DNA of 64,000 bases from Callorhinchus milii (Eukaryota). Position 1 is the first letter of the stretch. Every line of letters starts with the position of its first letter. Below, one piece after another: positions 23,949 through 37,334 of the stretch. The stretch is taken from contig NW_024704743.1 of the NCBI RefSeq assembly GCF_018977255.1, positions 33,916,001 through 33,980,000 of the forward strand, given 5' to 3'. Below the pieces are notes generated by a model. That model was given only the letters and a program-made list of their open reading frames with translations. It had not been told where the DNA came from and ran no database searches. Both the position numbers and the translations under genes were made by a program.

Positions 23949-24769
23949 TGTGAATTGTAATCACTACGTATTTGTAGGCAAATGCAATTTGTACACAGCA
24001 ATGTCCCACAAACAGCTTGAAGTGAATGACCAATTCTATCTAGATGATTCTTGGTCAGGAGATAGGGATGAACTGAATCCTCTTTTCGAAAAATACGATG
24101 GAATCATTAACGTCCTCCTGATCAGATGTCCATATCATGCATTTTTAATAGGCATGTACATTCATCATGTTCAGGCTTGACTACGCCAATGCTCTGCTCA
24201 TCAGTCCCCCCAGTTCTCCCCTAAATTAGTGGAGAACTATCCAGATCTGTGTAGCCTGTGTCCTCTTCTGCACAAAGTTCCACGAGCCTATCCGTGCCCC
24301 TCCACCCCCCAATCTCACTCCGCTCCCCTCTTGGCTCCCGCCCTCAGCCTGAGTGCCATCCAGAAATGTGAATGTGCTTTGGAATGCCCTTACAAAGTGA
24401 AATGCGCTAAATAAATATGTATTGTATATTCAACTGCTTACATTTTTCAGTCTATCACTGTGAGCCTTTATGCTCAATATTTTTTCAGAATATTGCTACA
24501 ATTTTATTTCTGAGGTTTACTTCAAATAACACAGGGAAAAGGTACTGGATTGAGGTCTTCACTTGTATAATTGATTGCTTCATCTAATATGTTGTAGGAT
24601 TAGAATTACCGGAAAAGACAATCCTGAATTCCAGTTTAGTGAAAGTTCAATTGTTCAGCAGATGACGTCGCTCACTGTTTTTGAACACAGTGTTCAAACA
24701 CTGTAAGACTGCGACAACCAAGGTAAACAGGAAGCAGGGTTGCTTTGCCAAACCTGTTGCATTCAGATA

Positions 24770-24970
24770 CCCTGAGAACATGTTCAAGCTGTACAATGCT
24801 TTGGTCAGGCCACACTGCGGAGCTGTGGGTGCAGTGCTGGTTGCTACAATGTAAAGGATCCAACAGAAGCAGTGTAGAGGAAACCACTGAGGCAGTTAAG
24901 TAGATGGGCTAAGTCCATGAGAAACAACTTGATTGGGGGAGATCTTTAGTTTCAAAAAGATACAACCTTA
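24770..24970 (+). mobile_element. Ancient CR1 ORF2 fragment
   Basis: aagctgtacaatgctttggtcaggccacac encodes KLYNALVRPH. Confidence 0.55.
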
Positions 24971-25029
24971 AAGGGAGAGCCATGCAGAGGCATTTAGGAT
25001 GCCAACTATGATAGAGAAAGTAAACCTGG

Positions 25030-25570
25030 AACAATGCTTTAAGTGGCAGAATCTGACAATGAGCCAGGGGGAGAGGGGGGTGGGGATGTGACCGTAAGCA
25101 CGATCAAAAAAGAAAGTATTTAGGTGGAATTTGAAGGTGGGGATGGAGTGGGCAAGCCGGAGAGATTGAGGGAGATAATTAAATTTTGTGGCTGAAGGCA
25201 CGGCCAGTAATGGTGGAGCAGAGAGGACAAGGGACAAACAGGAGTCTGGAGCCAGCCGAGCAGAGGCAGCAGGCGGTGGAGTGGGGGGTAAGCAGATTGG
25301 ATAGGTATGGAGGTGCGATGGCATGAAGGTATTTGAAGGGATTTGTGAGAGGATCTTGAAATTGTTCAGTTTGGTAATTGGGAGCCAGTGGAGCCTGGCA
25401 AGCACTGCTGTAATGGGGATATAGAGTTTTGTGCAGGTGAGTATCTGGGCAGCAGAGTTTTGGAATAATTGAATTTTGTGTATGGTGGAGCTGGGGAGAC
25501 CAGCGAAGAGGACATTGGAATAGTCCAGCCGGAAATTAACAAGATGTGGACGTGGGTTGACAATGAGATG
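25030..25570 (-). mobile_element. L2 3' fragment
   Basis: ORF 24968-25651 gives RLDYSNVLFAGLP, QNSAAQIL, LARLHWLPI and FKFHLNTFFFDRAY. Confidence 0.85.
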
Positions 25571-25599
25571 TGTGAAAGAATTATCTATTAGATACGTTA

Positions 25600-26050
25600 T
25601 TGATACAGTTGGTAGCACTTTCATCAGAAGGCTGCGAGTTGGAGCCTGCAATTGAGCTACGGGTTCATGGTGTAGGTTTTCACTCCAGTGCAGGGATAGG
25701 GGAGTACTACAGTATCAAAAGTACTGTTCTATAGGTAGTTTGGGACATATGTGCATGTGACCACCAAGAAGCCGTACTAAATGGACTTTGGTCTTTTTTC
25801 ATCTAGCATTTCTTATGTTCTCATGTTCTATAGATGAGACATTACACAGAGTCTGCCTGTTTAGGTGGAAGTTAAAGATCTCATGACACTTCAAGGCTGT
25901 TTGTGGGAAATTGTTGTGTACAAATTGGTAGTTGGGTTTGCCTACAAAATCTACAGTAAATACATTTTACAGAAAACGTTGTGAAGTGCCTGAGATGTTT
26001 CGCCATTAAGGACACCATACGAAATGCAAGGTTCAATTATTAAGGTTATT
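25600..26050 (+). mobile_element. Older Deu-SINE (family B) with an inserted CR1-tail-like piece
   Basis: cagttggtagcactttcatcagaagg...aggtggaagttaaagatctcatgacac...ggctgtttgtgggaaattgttgtgtacaaattgg. Confidence 0.6.
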
Positions 26051-26729
26051 ATTGTTATAATTAAATATGAGGAAATGATAGAAGAGCCTCCTGAAACATG
26101 CTTAAACTTTACAGAGAGTCAGAATTTGTTGAGAGCAAATAAAATATATAAAATAAAAAGAGGAAAATGGAGGCTGTTTTAGGATCATAGAATCCCACTT
26201 GAGATCAGAGGGCGAGATAGTGTGGCCTGGAATACTGACAGAAGAAGCAAATTAAGAGAGGAGCTTTTGAATCTCAGTGGCGGGAACTGCTGATTAGATT
26301 TGCCTGAGACATGAAGAATCTGCACTTTTGAAGAATCGAAGCAAGAAAACAAGATTAGCAGTGGCTCTTTGAAAGGCATGGAGGTGATTCAAGGTTAATG
26401 ATTCAAGCATTGTGCTTTGAAAGGAATAAAGGTTATGTACACTCAAGGTGTCTGATCTGAAGGGAGTTGATCAGTATAGAATTCAATCATCAGTATTGCC
26501 CATGATCACTGAGGTGTCACATTGCTACAACCCATTTCCACTGTGCACAGTTGTAGTACTGTACTGTTGCTTACTGGTGTTTTCATGGATAAAGGAGACA
26601 AACAGGGCATAATATAAATAAACTGTTATCCACTCATCTCCTGTCATTCTGGCTCAGTTGGTAGCACTCTCGCTTCTAAGTAAGAGTGCTGGGGAAGGCT
26701 GAACAGACAGACCATACATTTCAACAATA

Positions 26730-27086
26730 AAAATAATAATCCTTGCACTTGATATAGCACCATATCACGGCTTCAAGATTCCTCAAAGAATATACTGTAA
26801 AGTGAATTGACTATATATTTTTGTGAGAAAAATGCAGCAGCCAATTGTACACAGCAGTGTCCTACAAACAGGAGTGGATTGAAGTGACCAATTTTTTAAA
26901 TTTATTTTGAAGGAATTATCACCCCCGGAAAAGCAAGCCGCCAATCAACTAACAACCGGGTTCCTACTTACTTACTAAGAGATGTGTGGAGTAATGAAAC
27001 TTGCCTAACATTTCGCCCTGCCGGGAATCAAACCCAGGTCTCTCGCTTGCGAGGCGAGTGCTCTAACCACTGAGCTACAGGACTCC
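26730..27086 (-). mobile_element. Young SINE (family A, long variant), full length
   Basis: The reverse complement starts ggagtcctgtagctcagtggttagagcactcgcctcgcaagcgagagacctggg and includes the aggaacccggttgttagttgattggcgg segment. Confidence 0.9.
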
Positions 27087-28404
27087 ATGATTCCCCAGCA
27101 ATGCAACACTTCCCTAGCACTGCATTGGAGTGTCAGCCTAGTCTGTGAGCTCAAAGCCTCAATGTGGTTTATCAATCTGTAAACCAACAGAGAATAATAT
27201 GTTCTTACCACCAGGGTCGGAATATTTACAGACCACCGTCTTGACCTTCATGCCATTAAAAATGTTGAAAGCTTTCGAGCCAGTGCTTGTATTTTATGCC
27301 CTCTAATAGCTTCCATTGCCATTTGTTTTTTGAGATAGCTTCTGCTTAGCACAAGGAGCTAAAATGTACAAGATGGGTCTGGATCTGGGTCTGGTGAAGA
27401 CAGGAGCCGGTGTACACAGCAGAAGAGGCAATTTTCTTGCTCCATAAATGGGTTTACTGTAAAAATGCCAAAAATAATACGAAAAATAATTCAATAAGGT
27501 GCCAAGTACATTAATGCAGTGTGTGAAATGTCAGGCTTCTAACTTGGTAAGAAAGTGGAGCTATTTTTTGGGAAATACTAATAATCCTTTCTGCACAACA
27601 GCCTATGTATGGGCTTGAGGAAATTGCATTTAGTGTGACATCTGCCTGAACCGAATTATACATTTGCTTATTGGTGTCATTAGTGGGTGTTTCTTCTTTC
27701 AGTTAATGGTCTAGGAACATAGAAAAAGAGGAATGGGAGGAGGCCATTCAGCCCTTTGAGCCTGTACCACTATTTTATTAAATCTTGGCAAATCCCAAAT
27801 CCCCATCCTTTTGACATTCATAGCCCTTTCCCTGCTACTATAAGGGTGCTCACTAATAATATCAGACTAATGTAATGTGTTCACTGTAATACCTTGTAAT
27901 ACCAGAGCAAAGGGAGTCAATTGGTGGTGTTCAAAGAGGTCTTTAATGAAAACACTCGGCTTATGATGGAATTATAACACAGAGGATTTGTTAATGTCCT
28001 TGTGCAGCACATAGGCATATCAGCATCACACCACCATAGCAGTGATGGGACATAGGCTCTTATAAAATCATATATATTTAACCCAAGTTGTACAAGATTC
28101 ACAGATCCTCCTCAGAGTGCAATTAGCCCTGATCTTCTTGGGCCTGAGCTGGCCCCAAGGTAATACGCTTGGGAATGGAAAAATGGAATCAAGTCAACCC
28201 GCTGTGGTTCTGTAAAGGTTAATGTCAGAGTCATATAATGGTGTTCACTGTCTCTACTTTTAGAGGTTTTTTTTCTCATATCATGCTATGTAGAGATAGC
28301 GTGTGGAATACTACATATTTTTTGTGGGTATTTCCGCTTAAGGAAACTGGAGGAGTGCAACCAGATGGATCCCCATTGTTTGAGGATGAGCTATGAGAAG
28401 CAAT

Positions 28405-28725
28405 AATAATAACAATAAACTTTGCATTTGATACACTGCCTTATCATGTCATTGAAATGTCTTAAAGTGCTTCACAGAATATACTGTAAAGTGAATTGAC
28501 TGTATATTGTGTGGGCGAAATGAGGCAACAAACAGTTGTGAATTGAGTGACCAAATTATTATTATTTATTTTTTAAAGTGGTTATTACCCCCTGAAAGCA
28601 ATCCGCCAATCGACTAACAACCAATTCCTACTTACTACTAAGTAAACAGGTGTGTGGAGTAAGAAAACGTTCTACCCGGGAATTGAACTCAGGTCCTCAC
28701 TTGTGAGTTGATTGTTCTAACTAGG
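28405..28725 (-). mobile_element. SINE family A (long variant), more diverged
   Basis: Tail tttgcatttgatacactgcc; aagcaatccgccaatcgactaacaacc; decayed head gggaattgaactcagg. Confidence 0.8.
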
Positions 28726-31700
28726 TGAGGGTTGCTTAAACTAAAATGATGATAAGGATGATAAAATAACTGTGGTTTAAAAAAAATGCTTAAAGTTACT
28801 TTTTTAATATTTTAAAACTTTTTTTTAAAAAAGGTTATTAGGACAACAATACTCTACCAAATACATTGGTTAAAGTGGAATCAGTAATTACTTTTAAAAG
28901 GAGATTAGACAGACTCTTGAAAAGTAAAATTGTAAAAGAATATGAGGAAAGGCTTTGGAGTGGGACTAAATGGAAACTCTTTATAGTAACCTGTAACGCT
29001 TCGAGATCACCTCCTGCAAGAGGTTGCAACTATGCCATTAGGGGTTAATCATGCAAAGCCACCTTTAGTACAGTACAAATCGGTATCACTGATGTAAAGA
29101 TATGTACCTACAATCCCACTGGTTTTCTAGAACTCTATGAAGAGGAAGGAGTGTAGGGATGTGGAAAGATTAAGGTAGCTTCCATTCCATTTGAGGACAC
29201 GCCCTACTCCAGGTAATGATTCCCTGGAAACTGCATTGCCAAGTAATATTGCCTGGGGTTGGGGACAGTCAGGTCGCTTTCCTTTCATGGGAGCTACAAC
29301 CTCTGTAGGTTATACCCTGTTGGCTTTCTGTTTCCCAAAGGAATCTGCTTATGGATGTCAGGAGATAGCTCCTTGCTCAGAATATGGTTCAGATGGAGTC
29401 CCTCATATAGTCCTATTTAGCTTCCACCATTCTGGAGTGTGCTTTCTGTACCATCTGACCGATTTGTCTTGTGCTATGTTTCCAGGTCTCTCTGAGCATC
29501 AAGTACTCTGCGTTCTTCATTCTTACATGGCTCATGAGGATTGCTTTGGCATTTTCCCACAACAGTATCAGGAGGTGTCAGGGCTTTCACTCTCTAGGGA
29601 ACTAGACTCATTGTAAAGGCTAGAAATTCATAGTCACTTAGAAGAGAGGAGTTGACGTGCCAGTATCAGAGATGAGGGATAGATAGTCTAGGTGGAGTAT
29701 AACTTGTTTGGGTTTGAACAGAAGATGGGTTCATTACCTAAGTGAAAATTTATTAAATGGGATACAAAGTAAAGCAATACTTTCAGATCTGTCAAGAGCA
29801 CAGGGAAAGAGGTCAGAGGTACAAAGTTGGTTTAGGTGGTTGGTGGTTTTGGCTGACCGCTAACCAACAGTTTCAGCTGGTTAGACTCCAGCTGTACCCC
29901 AACGCACACTCTAGGGTCCCCAAGCCTTGTCAACCTGCGCCTAATAGTCAGCTTGGCGATATAATGGAAAGAGACTGTAGTATAGAAGGATGAAATTAAA
30001 TGTGGCGAAGGGTTTTTTGCATTCAAACCTCTCCTGTATTCTTGTGAGCTGGTTTCATGCACTTCCAATATATTTTATAGTAAGAAGTCAAAGATTAAGC
30101 TGAAAATCCATGCATAGTTCTTCACTGACATCTAATTCTTGCATAAATGCATTGCCAAAACTGTAATAAATTTACGTGTTCTGCCGTGCTGCTGAAATGA
30201 AGTCCATATGAGTTAAAGACCTGAGGGATGAAAGCAGTTAGACTAATGATAAATCTTACAACTGTTCTGGAATATATAATTGTGGTACAGTTTAAAAAGC
30301 CCTGAAGAGGTCAACCGGCATTATTATCAACCGACTCTCCCATTAAAGGGTCAGAGCTGAATATGACCATGTCATAGTGTGGGAAGACCATTTGAAGAAA
30401 GCACTTACATCTGAACAGCCATAGACTCACGGAGCTCATGTTTCACATAGTTCACTTACCAGCGAATGAGAGAGAGAAAGAACAGATTATTCAGTATACT
30501 AAACAAATTCGATCAAGTCACTTTTTGGACAAAAAACTAAGCCTGAAGGCAAGTAGTGTATAATTTTACAAAGTAGGATACTAAATGTTGTTGTGTTCCT
30601 TAATTAAAAATAAACTACCAAAAAGTAACACTAGCTGGTGGATATTTGGCTTCTGCGTTGCAATGTTCAAGTTTAGCAGAAAGCACAAAGCAATGTTCCG
30701 TGTTGCTGGCGCCTGGTAAATTTAAGGCCTGGAAGGTAGGAAATATTTTGAGCCTGGTCAGATGCCCCGCAATGTTCTGTACATTCCTATGTTCTTATGT
30801 ATTACCATGTAAAGTCTTGGGCATGGTAATGCATAGGAACATAGCAATGTATCCTGGCCAATCTCTAACATTTCTCCCACATTGTGATTTTTGCAGCTCA
30901 TGTTTATTTTGCTTTTGTCAGTCAAGGTTTTCTTTTGAAAGAATAGCCTTCACTGTGACTCATCAAATAACAAGAACAATCAGAACAATGTTACTAACGG
31001 GGTTTAAACCATGGGCAATTTCTAACAGGATTCATTAAAAATAACTCCCACGCAAAATGGTATTAAAAATATGGATTTCTTCAGAACCTTTTGGCAATAC
31101 TTTCTTTTGATGTTATCAAACATTAACAGGATTTTTCCATTCTATCCGCACATTGCCAATGGGGCTCTTTGTAATACTGAATGGAATTTTTACTCTACGG
31201 GGTGACTTTAATGAATTTTGCTACAAATAGACGTGTATTAAACCCCAACACCAATTACAAGTCTTTCATTTCTTGTTTGTGACAATGAAAAGAACTTGTC
31301 AAGAATGCAAAATGAATTGGAATTTACCTGTTTTTGTACAGCTCAGAAAATGTGGTGGATGGGTTAGGGGCACTGGGAGAAGGTTAATGAACACCATTGG
31401 TTAAAACAACATTTCCACCTCAAGCGTCCGTAGTGTTCTCCTGAAATAAAAAAAGTCAGGGAATTTTTTTATTGATCCAGGAAGGTACTCAGTTCGATTA
31501 AAAGCTGGATAAGTGCCAGCTGCAGTGAGGCCAGTTGTGTTCTGTGTAACAGAGGCTGACGTACACTCAACCTGCGATGAGAGGGTCTGCAGGTTACACT
31601 CAAATTGTGGCAGTCGCCCTCCCACAAACCTTACAGCTCTACTCGAGTTTACCAGTGTGAGCATGACTGTGTCCATTGAAAAGCTGGTAGATTACACACC

Positions 31701-32059
31701 TCAACTCTCAATTAAGCAGAATAGTTTGGCTATATAGTAATACTAAAAAAATTTAAAATACAAAAGCATAGTTAGAGTAGTGTTAGAGTTAGAGTTGTGT
31801 TATTGTGTTAGAGTTAGAATGCCCCAAGTGATCTACATCTACTACATCTATATATCTACTGTATGAGAGTCCCTTCACCTGACAGTGTACAAATATGGAA
31901 ATGATGATGTCCAGGAACCAATGAAATTGACAATGGTTCAGTTCACTAGATGTGCAGCTTTAATTCAAAATTTGTTGTAGTTTGCCACCATTTATTCAAC
32001 AGGATTTAAAATGCCAGATTTTCTATAGTGTGCAAAATGATTGCATCAATCATACAACA

Positions 32060-32430
32060 ATTTATATTTATATAGTACCCTTCTCTTCAGGAGAACGACC
32101 AAAGTGTTTCACACAGCTGAATGGGGAGCCTAAGCTGGGGAGGCAGGAGCTGGGGAGGCTGGGCAGGGGAGGGGAAGGCAAGGTCAAGATGAAAGGCGGA
32201 CTTTAAAGGTGTGGATGGAGGAGGCTGGGCAGAGGAAAAGAGGGGTGGATAGAGATCCAGGAGCGAGGGCAGATGGCTGAAAGCTCACCCACCGATGTTG
32301 GTGCAGATAGGGCAGGGGACATGAGCAAGCTGAGCAGAGGAAGCGACTGGGATGATAGGGTTGTAGGAAGTCCGAAAGGTAGGGTGGGGTAAGGTCGTGG
32401 AGGGATTTGAATATGAGAACGAGGATCATG
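32060..32430 (-). mobile_element. Old L2 3' fragment
   Basis: ORF 32184-32456 gives ILVLIFKSLHDLTPPYLSD; the tail is decayed. Confidence 0.7.
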
Positions 32431-33029
32431 GCAAACAACCGGGTGATGGTCAGCACTGTTTTTTGAAAAGGAATGCACTTGAAGTAAAGTATAACACAGT
32501 AAAGTACAGATACCTGTTGTTACATTTGGCTGAGTCTGATGGACCTCACTCATCTACAATTGCCTCCTCCACTGCCAGTTTAGTGATGCCTGGCTTCATC
32601 CACACAAAGAATGTACATATTCTCCCTGTTTTATTTCATACACAACCTGTCAGTAGGCTATTAATAAGATTCACCTTCTGTCTCACCTTTTCACCTTGTT
32701 TGCATGACTTGCTTTTTGTCTGTGTATACTATTTCTATTTCTCAGTAATATGATAGTGGAGCCTTGCAGTTTTAGCTAGGAGATTGTTAAGCAAGCATTC
32801 CTGTTAAACACAAAAGAAATGACTCTAAAAGTACATTTGCCTCAAGTTGTTTTAAAACAGGCAAATATGTCCAGATAGTGTACCAACAAGCATATTGTAT
32901 GTTACATTATTAACACTATTCTTCCAAGTGCAAGCACAATCTAGTTTTCTCATGTATTTATATTTTCACAAAATCTGTAGCAATATAATTTCCTACATCT
33001 ATGTTTTATTGCTTGGTTGCAAAATTGGG

Positions 33030-33415
33030 TGACAGCCTGGCTTAGTTGGTAGCATTCTCACTTCAGAGTCAGAAGGTTATGGAGTCAAGCTCCACGTCGG
33101 GATTTTGAACTCAGCCGAGGCTGACATTCTTCAGATGAGATGTTAAACCAGGGTACCATCTGCATATTCAGATGAGCGTTAAAGATTAGCATTATTTGAA
33201 AGGAGAAGAAAGTTTCTCCCAGTGTCTCAGCCAGCAATCCCTAGATAAAGTTGGTCATTCACTTTGTGGCTGTTCAGGAGACATTATTGTGTGCAAGTTG
33301 GCTGTTGCATTCGCTTACAAAATACACAGTCATTATATGTTACAGTAAATGCTGTGAAGCACTTTAAGATATCATTCTGACATGAAGTCACTAGATCAAA
33401 TGTAAAGATTATTCA
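33030..33415 (+). mobile_element. Older Deu-SINE (family B), near full length
   Basis: gacagcctggcttagttggtagcattctcacttcagagtcagaaggttatgg...cagatgagatgttaaacc...ggctgttcaggagacattattgtgtgcaagttggctg followed by the tail. Confidence 0.8.
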
Positions 33416-33939
33416 TATTAACTTGGTAAAATAAATAATCTTTTTCCAAACTCAGAAGCTTTAGATGTTTCTCATTTGCTGCTCAGTTCAGCTTAATCTT
33501 AGCAAAACGCAGATGGAATTCTCTATAATCCTGTCATTCATGGTACTTTTGTACATCCACTGAAACCCTGCAGAAATCCCTCTGTAGTATTTCACAGCTT
33601 TACCTTCATCTTTTATTTGAGGCATTTATTGGGCTGTTGTAAGCAACCAGTGTTACATTAATTTATGTAGTTGGAGGGAAGACAACAGTCTTTACAAGTT
33701 AGTCAGGATATGGATTGAAGGCTATGCTTCACTCATGGCTGGAAATGTTTTTTGATGTTTGAACAAATATACATTACCGGAGTCTTTTCACTCAGTTGAT
33801 GGGTGCAGTTGACTGTGAGTATCCAGTGCTGCTTGTCATTCTAGCTTAATCGCAGACCAGTTTTGCTTGGACCAGTTTTGTCAGATTTATGTTACCGGAT
33901 GATGGGTTGCATGGAAATAAGATGGGTTGCATCTCACAG

Positions 33940-34240
33940 CGCTTCACAGGACGTAACTGTAAAGAGTGGTGGCTGTTCATTTGTAGGCCAACGCGACTTG
34001 TATTTATTTTCAATAAATTTACTCATAGCAATGTCCCACAAACTGCCATGAAATGAATGATTTGGGGGATTGTTGGCCAGGACACTGGGAGAAATTTTCT
34101 TCTTCTCTGGCAATGCAACCCCCCACCCCCACACCAAACTGCACTGGAATATCAGTCTAGACTATGAACTAAAAGGCCTGAAGTGGGGCTTGAATCCACA
34201 TCCTTCAGACTCAGAGGCGAGAGTGCTAACAACTGACACC
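33940..34240 (-). mobile_element. Older Deu-SINE (family B)
   Basis: gcaatgtcccacaaac, ttggccaggacactgggaga and ccttcagactcagaggcgagagtgct. Confidence 0.7.
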
Positions 34241-35864
34241 AATTTATTTCATAAAGGTTTGGAAAGCAGGTTCATCTTAACTCATATAATTAAAGATTTA
34301 TAACAATTACATGTCATAAAACAGTCCATCCAGGCTACTAATGCTATGCTGGTGCTACCTCTCTCACTGAAGATATCTCCTATAATCTCAATTCTGCTTT
34401 TTTCAAGTGTACTTTTATATTGTAAAATACATCTTTTGTTTTGAATGAAGACTTGAGCTATCTGATAATACAGAATATGTGCGCAGAAAGCTATGGCCAG
34501 ACCATCTCCCAATCCTTATTGGAGTGTGCCCATGCATTATAGAACACCATGACTGGTCAAGAAATTGTGGCTTAAGCAGAAAACATTTGCAATAAATGGA
34601 AAACCATGCATTTCTGTGGTGGACTGGGTGTTACAATGAGTTAGAATAAAGACTGAATTTAAGGTATTTCTCATTTCAGCTCTTTGGAAAGTTGAAGCAA
34701 AGTCTTAATGTTCAACAACAATAACCTGCACTTATACAGCTCCTCAAAAATAATCCTTACATCACCCTTTCAACAATAACAACAAATGCATTTATATTGT
34801 GCCATTCACACAGGATAGTGTCTCGGAGCACTGAACAATGGCAAAGTTTGACACAGGGTGAAAGTGGAGGTGACCGTAGCCATGGTCAAAAGTCGTCAAA
34901 TTAAATAAGAAGACGGGCAAAGAAGGTTAAGGTGGAGGGATTGAAGCAGGGAGTTCCAGAGGTTTGGCTGATGGCATGACTGCTAATGGATGCCAGATCA
35001 TGGTTTGTCAGTCACCAAATACATTTCTTTGTTTGGTGACTGACAGACCAGTGCCTGAAAGTGCCAATTAGATTTGTTCTTAGAAATATTTTACTTTAAC
35101 TGTGATGGTCCTGAGAAAGATCTCACATATTTTTGGGGGGAGATGGCGGAGAAAAGAACAGAAGATGGAATGTCTATTCATATCTGTGAATCACAATGAA
35201 ACCTTCTGGATAACTTCAAATGCCTTGTTTTGAGCCAAAAATATGAATTCTAACAAGCTGGGTCTAATTCCTACAGGATAAGATCTGGCAGCAACAGTGT
35301 CATTCCCAGCACACATTTGTCAACGGTTTGCAAATTGCATCTTTATTTAGCTCACTGGGCTGGAAGTGTAAAATCCATCAGGTACAGTAGACAGCATGTC
35401 TCTAAGATTTGGGGTTGGATTGTTTTTTGAAAGAAAATTTAAAATAACTATTTGCTTTTCACTGTACTATATTTTGGACCATATTCCTCTTGTTCATTAC
35501 ACATTTCAAAGCTAAAATTGAATCCTGATTATTTTTTGATACAGTATATTTATGCTGTATTTTCAACACCTTTAGGCAGATTTAGGCCTGAAGACATAAA
35601 TAATACTATATGATTCCATAATAGGAATCATTATTATTGCAAACGACTGGAAAAAAAATGCCTGCCACATGGGTAATTTGCCACATTTTCCTCTGGGATC
35701 TTTTACCTCCAGCTGCCTGTGGATTCAAACTCACTGAGTTGCAATGTATATTGCTTTGGATGGGTATACTTTTAACATTTTAAACTATCTTAATCAAAAC
35801 TAAATTCTTCTCCCTGGAGAAGCTGGACATTATGGAAATAACAAGATTGAGCAATAATTATAGA

Positions 35865-35900
35865 CTCCTCCTCCTCCTCCTCCTCCTCCTCCTCCTCCTC
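35865..35900. repeat. (CTC)12 microsatellite
   Basis: Directly visible. Confidence 0.95.
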
Positions 35901-36134
35901 ATTCTCCCAGTGAAAGATAGCAATGTAAAAATAGCCTGAACAATATTATATCACATTAAGGTTTTAGAATCCAAACTGGATGCCCACATGGTCTACAATT
36001 CTGAACGCCGAAAAACCTGTGTTTTCTTTGAACAACTTACTTATGCCAGACTTTTGTAAAACACAAGTTTCCAAGACAGCGTGCAACACTTATTACCCTG
36101 TTATGAACAGTTACAGTATTATTAATGCATTATA

Positions 36135-36193
36135 TAATAATAACAACAACACTAACTATAACAATAACAACAACAACAATAATAATAATAATA
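36135..36193. repeat. Compound (AAT/AAC)n microsatellite
   Basis: Directly visible; it produces the poly-Asn in ORF 35980-36276. Confidence 0.85.
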
Positions 36194-36857
36194 TAGGATC
36201 TGTAGTGCCAAATAAGTGGGATTCCAGATTCAAAATTTCAATGTCACAAGTTTACATTGTTTCAAAATGTTTCTGACTATTAATCTGCCCAAATGTCTTA
36301 AACACTCTCAAGTTCTAACAGCTAACCTTTCATACTGATGCAAGTACATATTAAATGGGATATTAATCAGTAGTTTTGACAACTCGCCCATTCCTAGCAC
36401 TACACTGTCAGTCCGAGCTACAGATGACTTTGTGGGCTTTGTCAATGTTCTGCAGTGATCTGCTGACAGCAGATGTGCTTCTGTGCAGTAAGGCAGCTGT
36501 AACACTTCTCTTTACCAAATGGTCTATCCTGTAGCTCAGCTGAGAAACAGCATGGGACAGCCATTGAATGTAATCAAGTTAGAATAACAGCTGATGTTGA
36601 ATAGGAGTCCGACTTTGCAAACATACAGCCAAACCAAATATTTAATGCTTCTAAAATTATTAAAAAAGGCTTGTTTCAAAATATTTTGAAGCTTGTTTTT
36701 ACTTATTGAAATATAAGGGCCTAATTGTGCAATATTACTTAAGTCAGCTTGGCTCACTTGGTAGCACTTTCGCATCTTGGTCAGAAATTCTACCCTGATA
36801 GTCTAGGCTGAAACCCCAGTGCAGTAATGGGGTGGGAGAGTTGAGTGGTGGGCACAG

Positions 36858-37185
36858 TAACAACAACAACAAAATTACATTTGTAAAGCGCCTTTCATGT
36901 TAAGAGGACGTCCCAAGATTCTGAACAGTCAGGGATCAGGACCCGAGTGTGGAGGGCAGGGTTGGGATGAGGTAGAGCAGAGGGGGTAAGAGGGCGGCTG
37001 AAGGCATGGTCAAAAAGGAGGGTCTTGAGTTGTGTCTTGAAGGAGGCAAGAGAGGGAGCAACAACAACAACAAGATTCCATTTATAAAGCGCCTTTCACG
37101 TCAGGAGGACGTCCCAAGGCGCTGAAAGGCGAAGGGATTGTGGGATGGAGCAGAGGCAGAGAGGCTGAAAGCCCAGCCGCCGCAG
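36858..37185 (-). mobile_element. L2 3' fragment with a second very short L2 tail nested at 37059-37125
   Basis: Two (CAA)n tails, each followed by aaagcgcctttca..ggacgtcccaag. Confidence 0.75.
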
Positions 37186-37334
37186 TACTATCTTTCACAT
37201 TAGATGTTCCATTAATGTCCCATCTACCTGCTCCTAGTTGACCATTACAAATGCTATGGCCCTATTTCAAAAGAGAAAGAAGTTTCTCCCAGTGTCCTGC
37301 CTACAATCCCTGAGATTAATTATATATTTATCTC

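Noticed and set aside
29191..29616. 141-aa ORF in sequence not recognised as a repeat
   Set aside because: Non-ATG start, no recognisable domain and no convincing splice signals.
31440..31490. Sequence resembling a Tc1/mariner terminal repeat
   Set aside because: No partner TIR or transposase remnant found in the window.
35980..36276. Poly-Asn ORF; also poly-Tyr/Ile ORFs elsewhere
   Set aside because: Translations of microsatellites and SINE (ATT)n tails.
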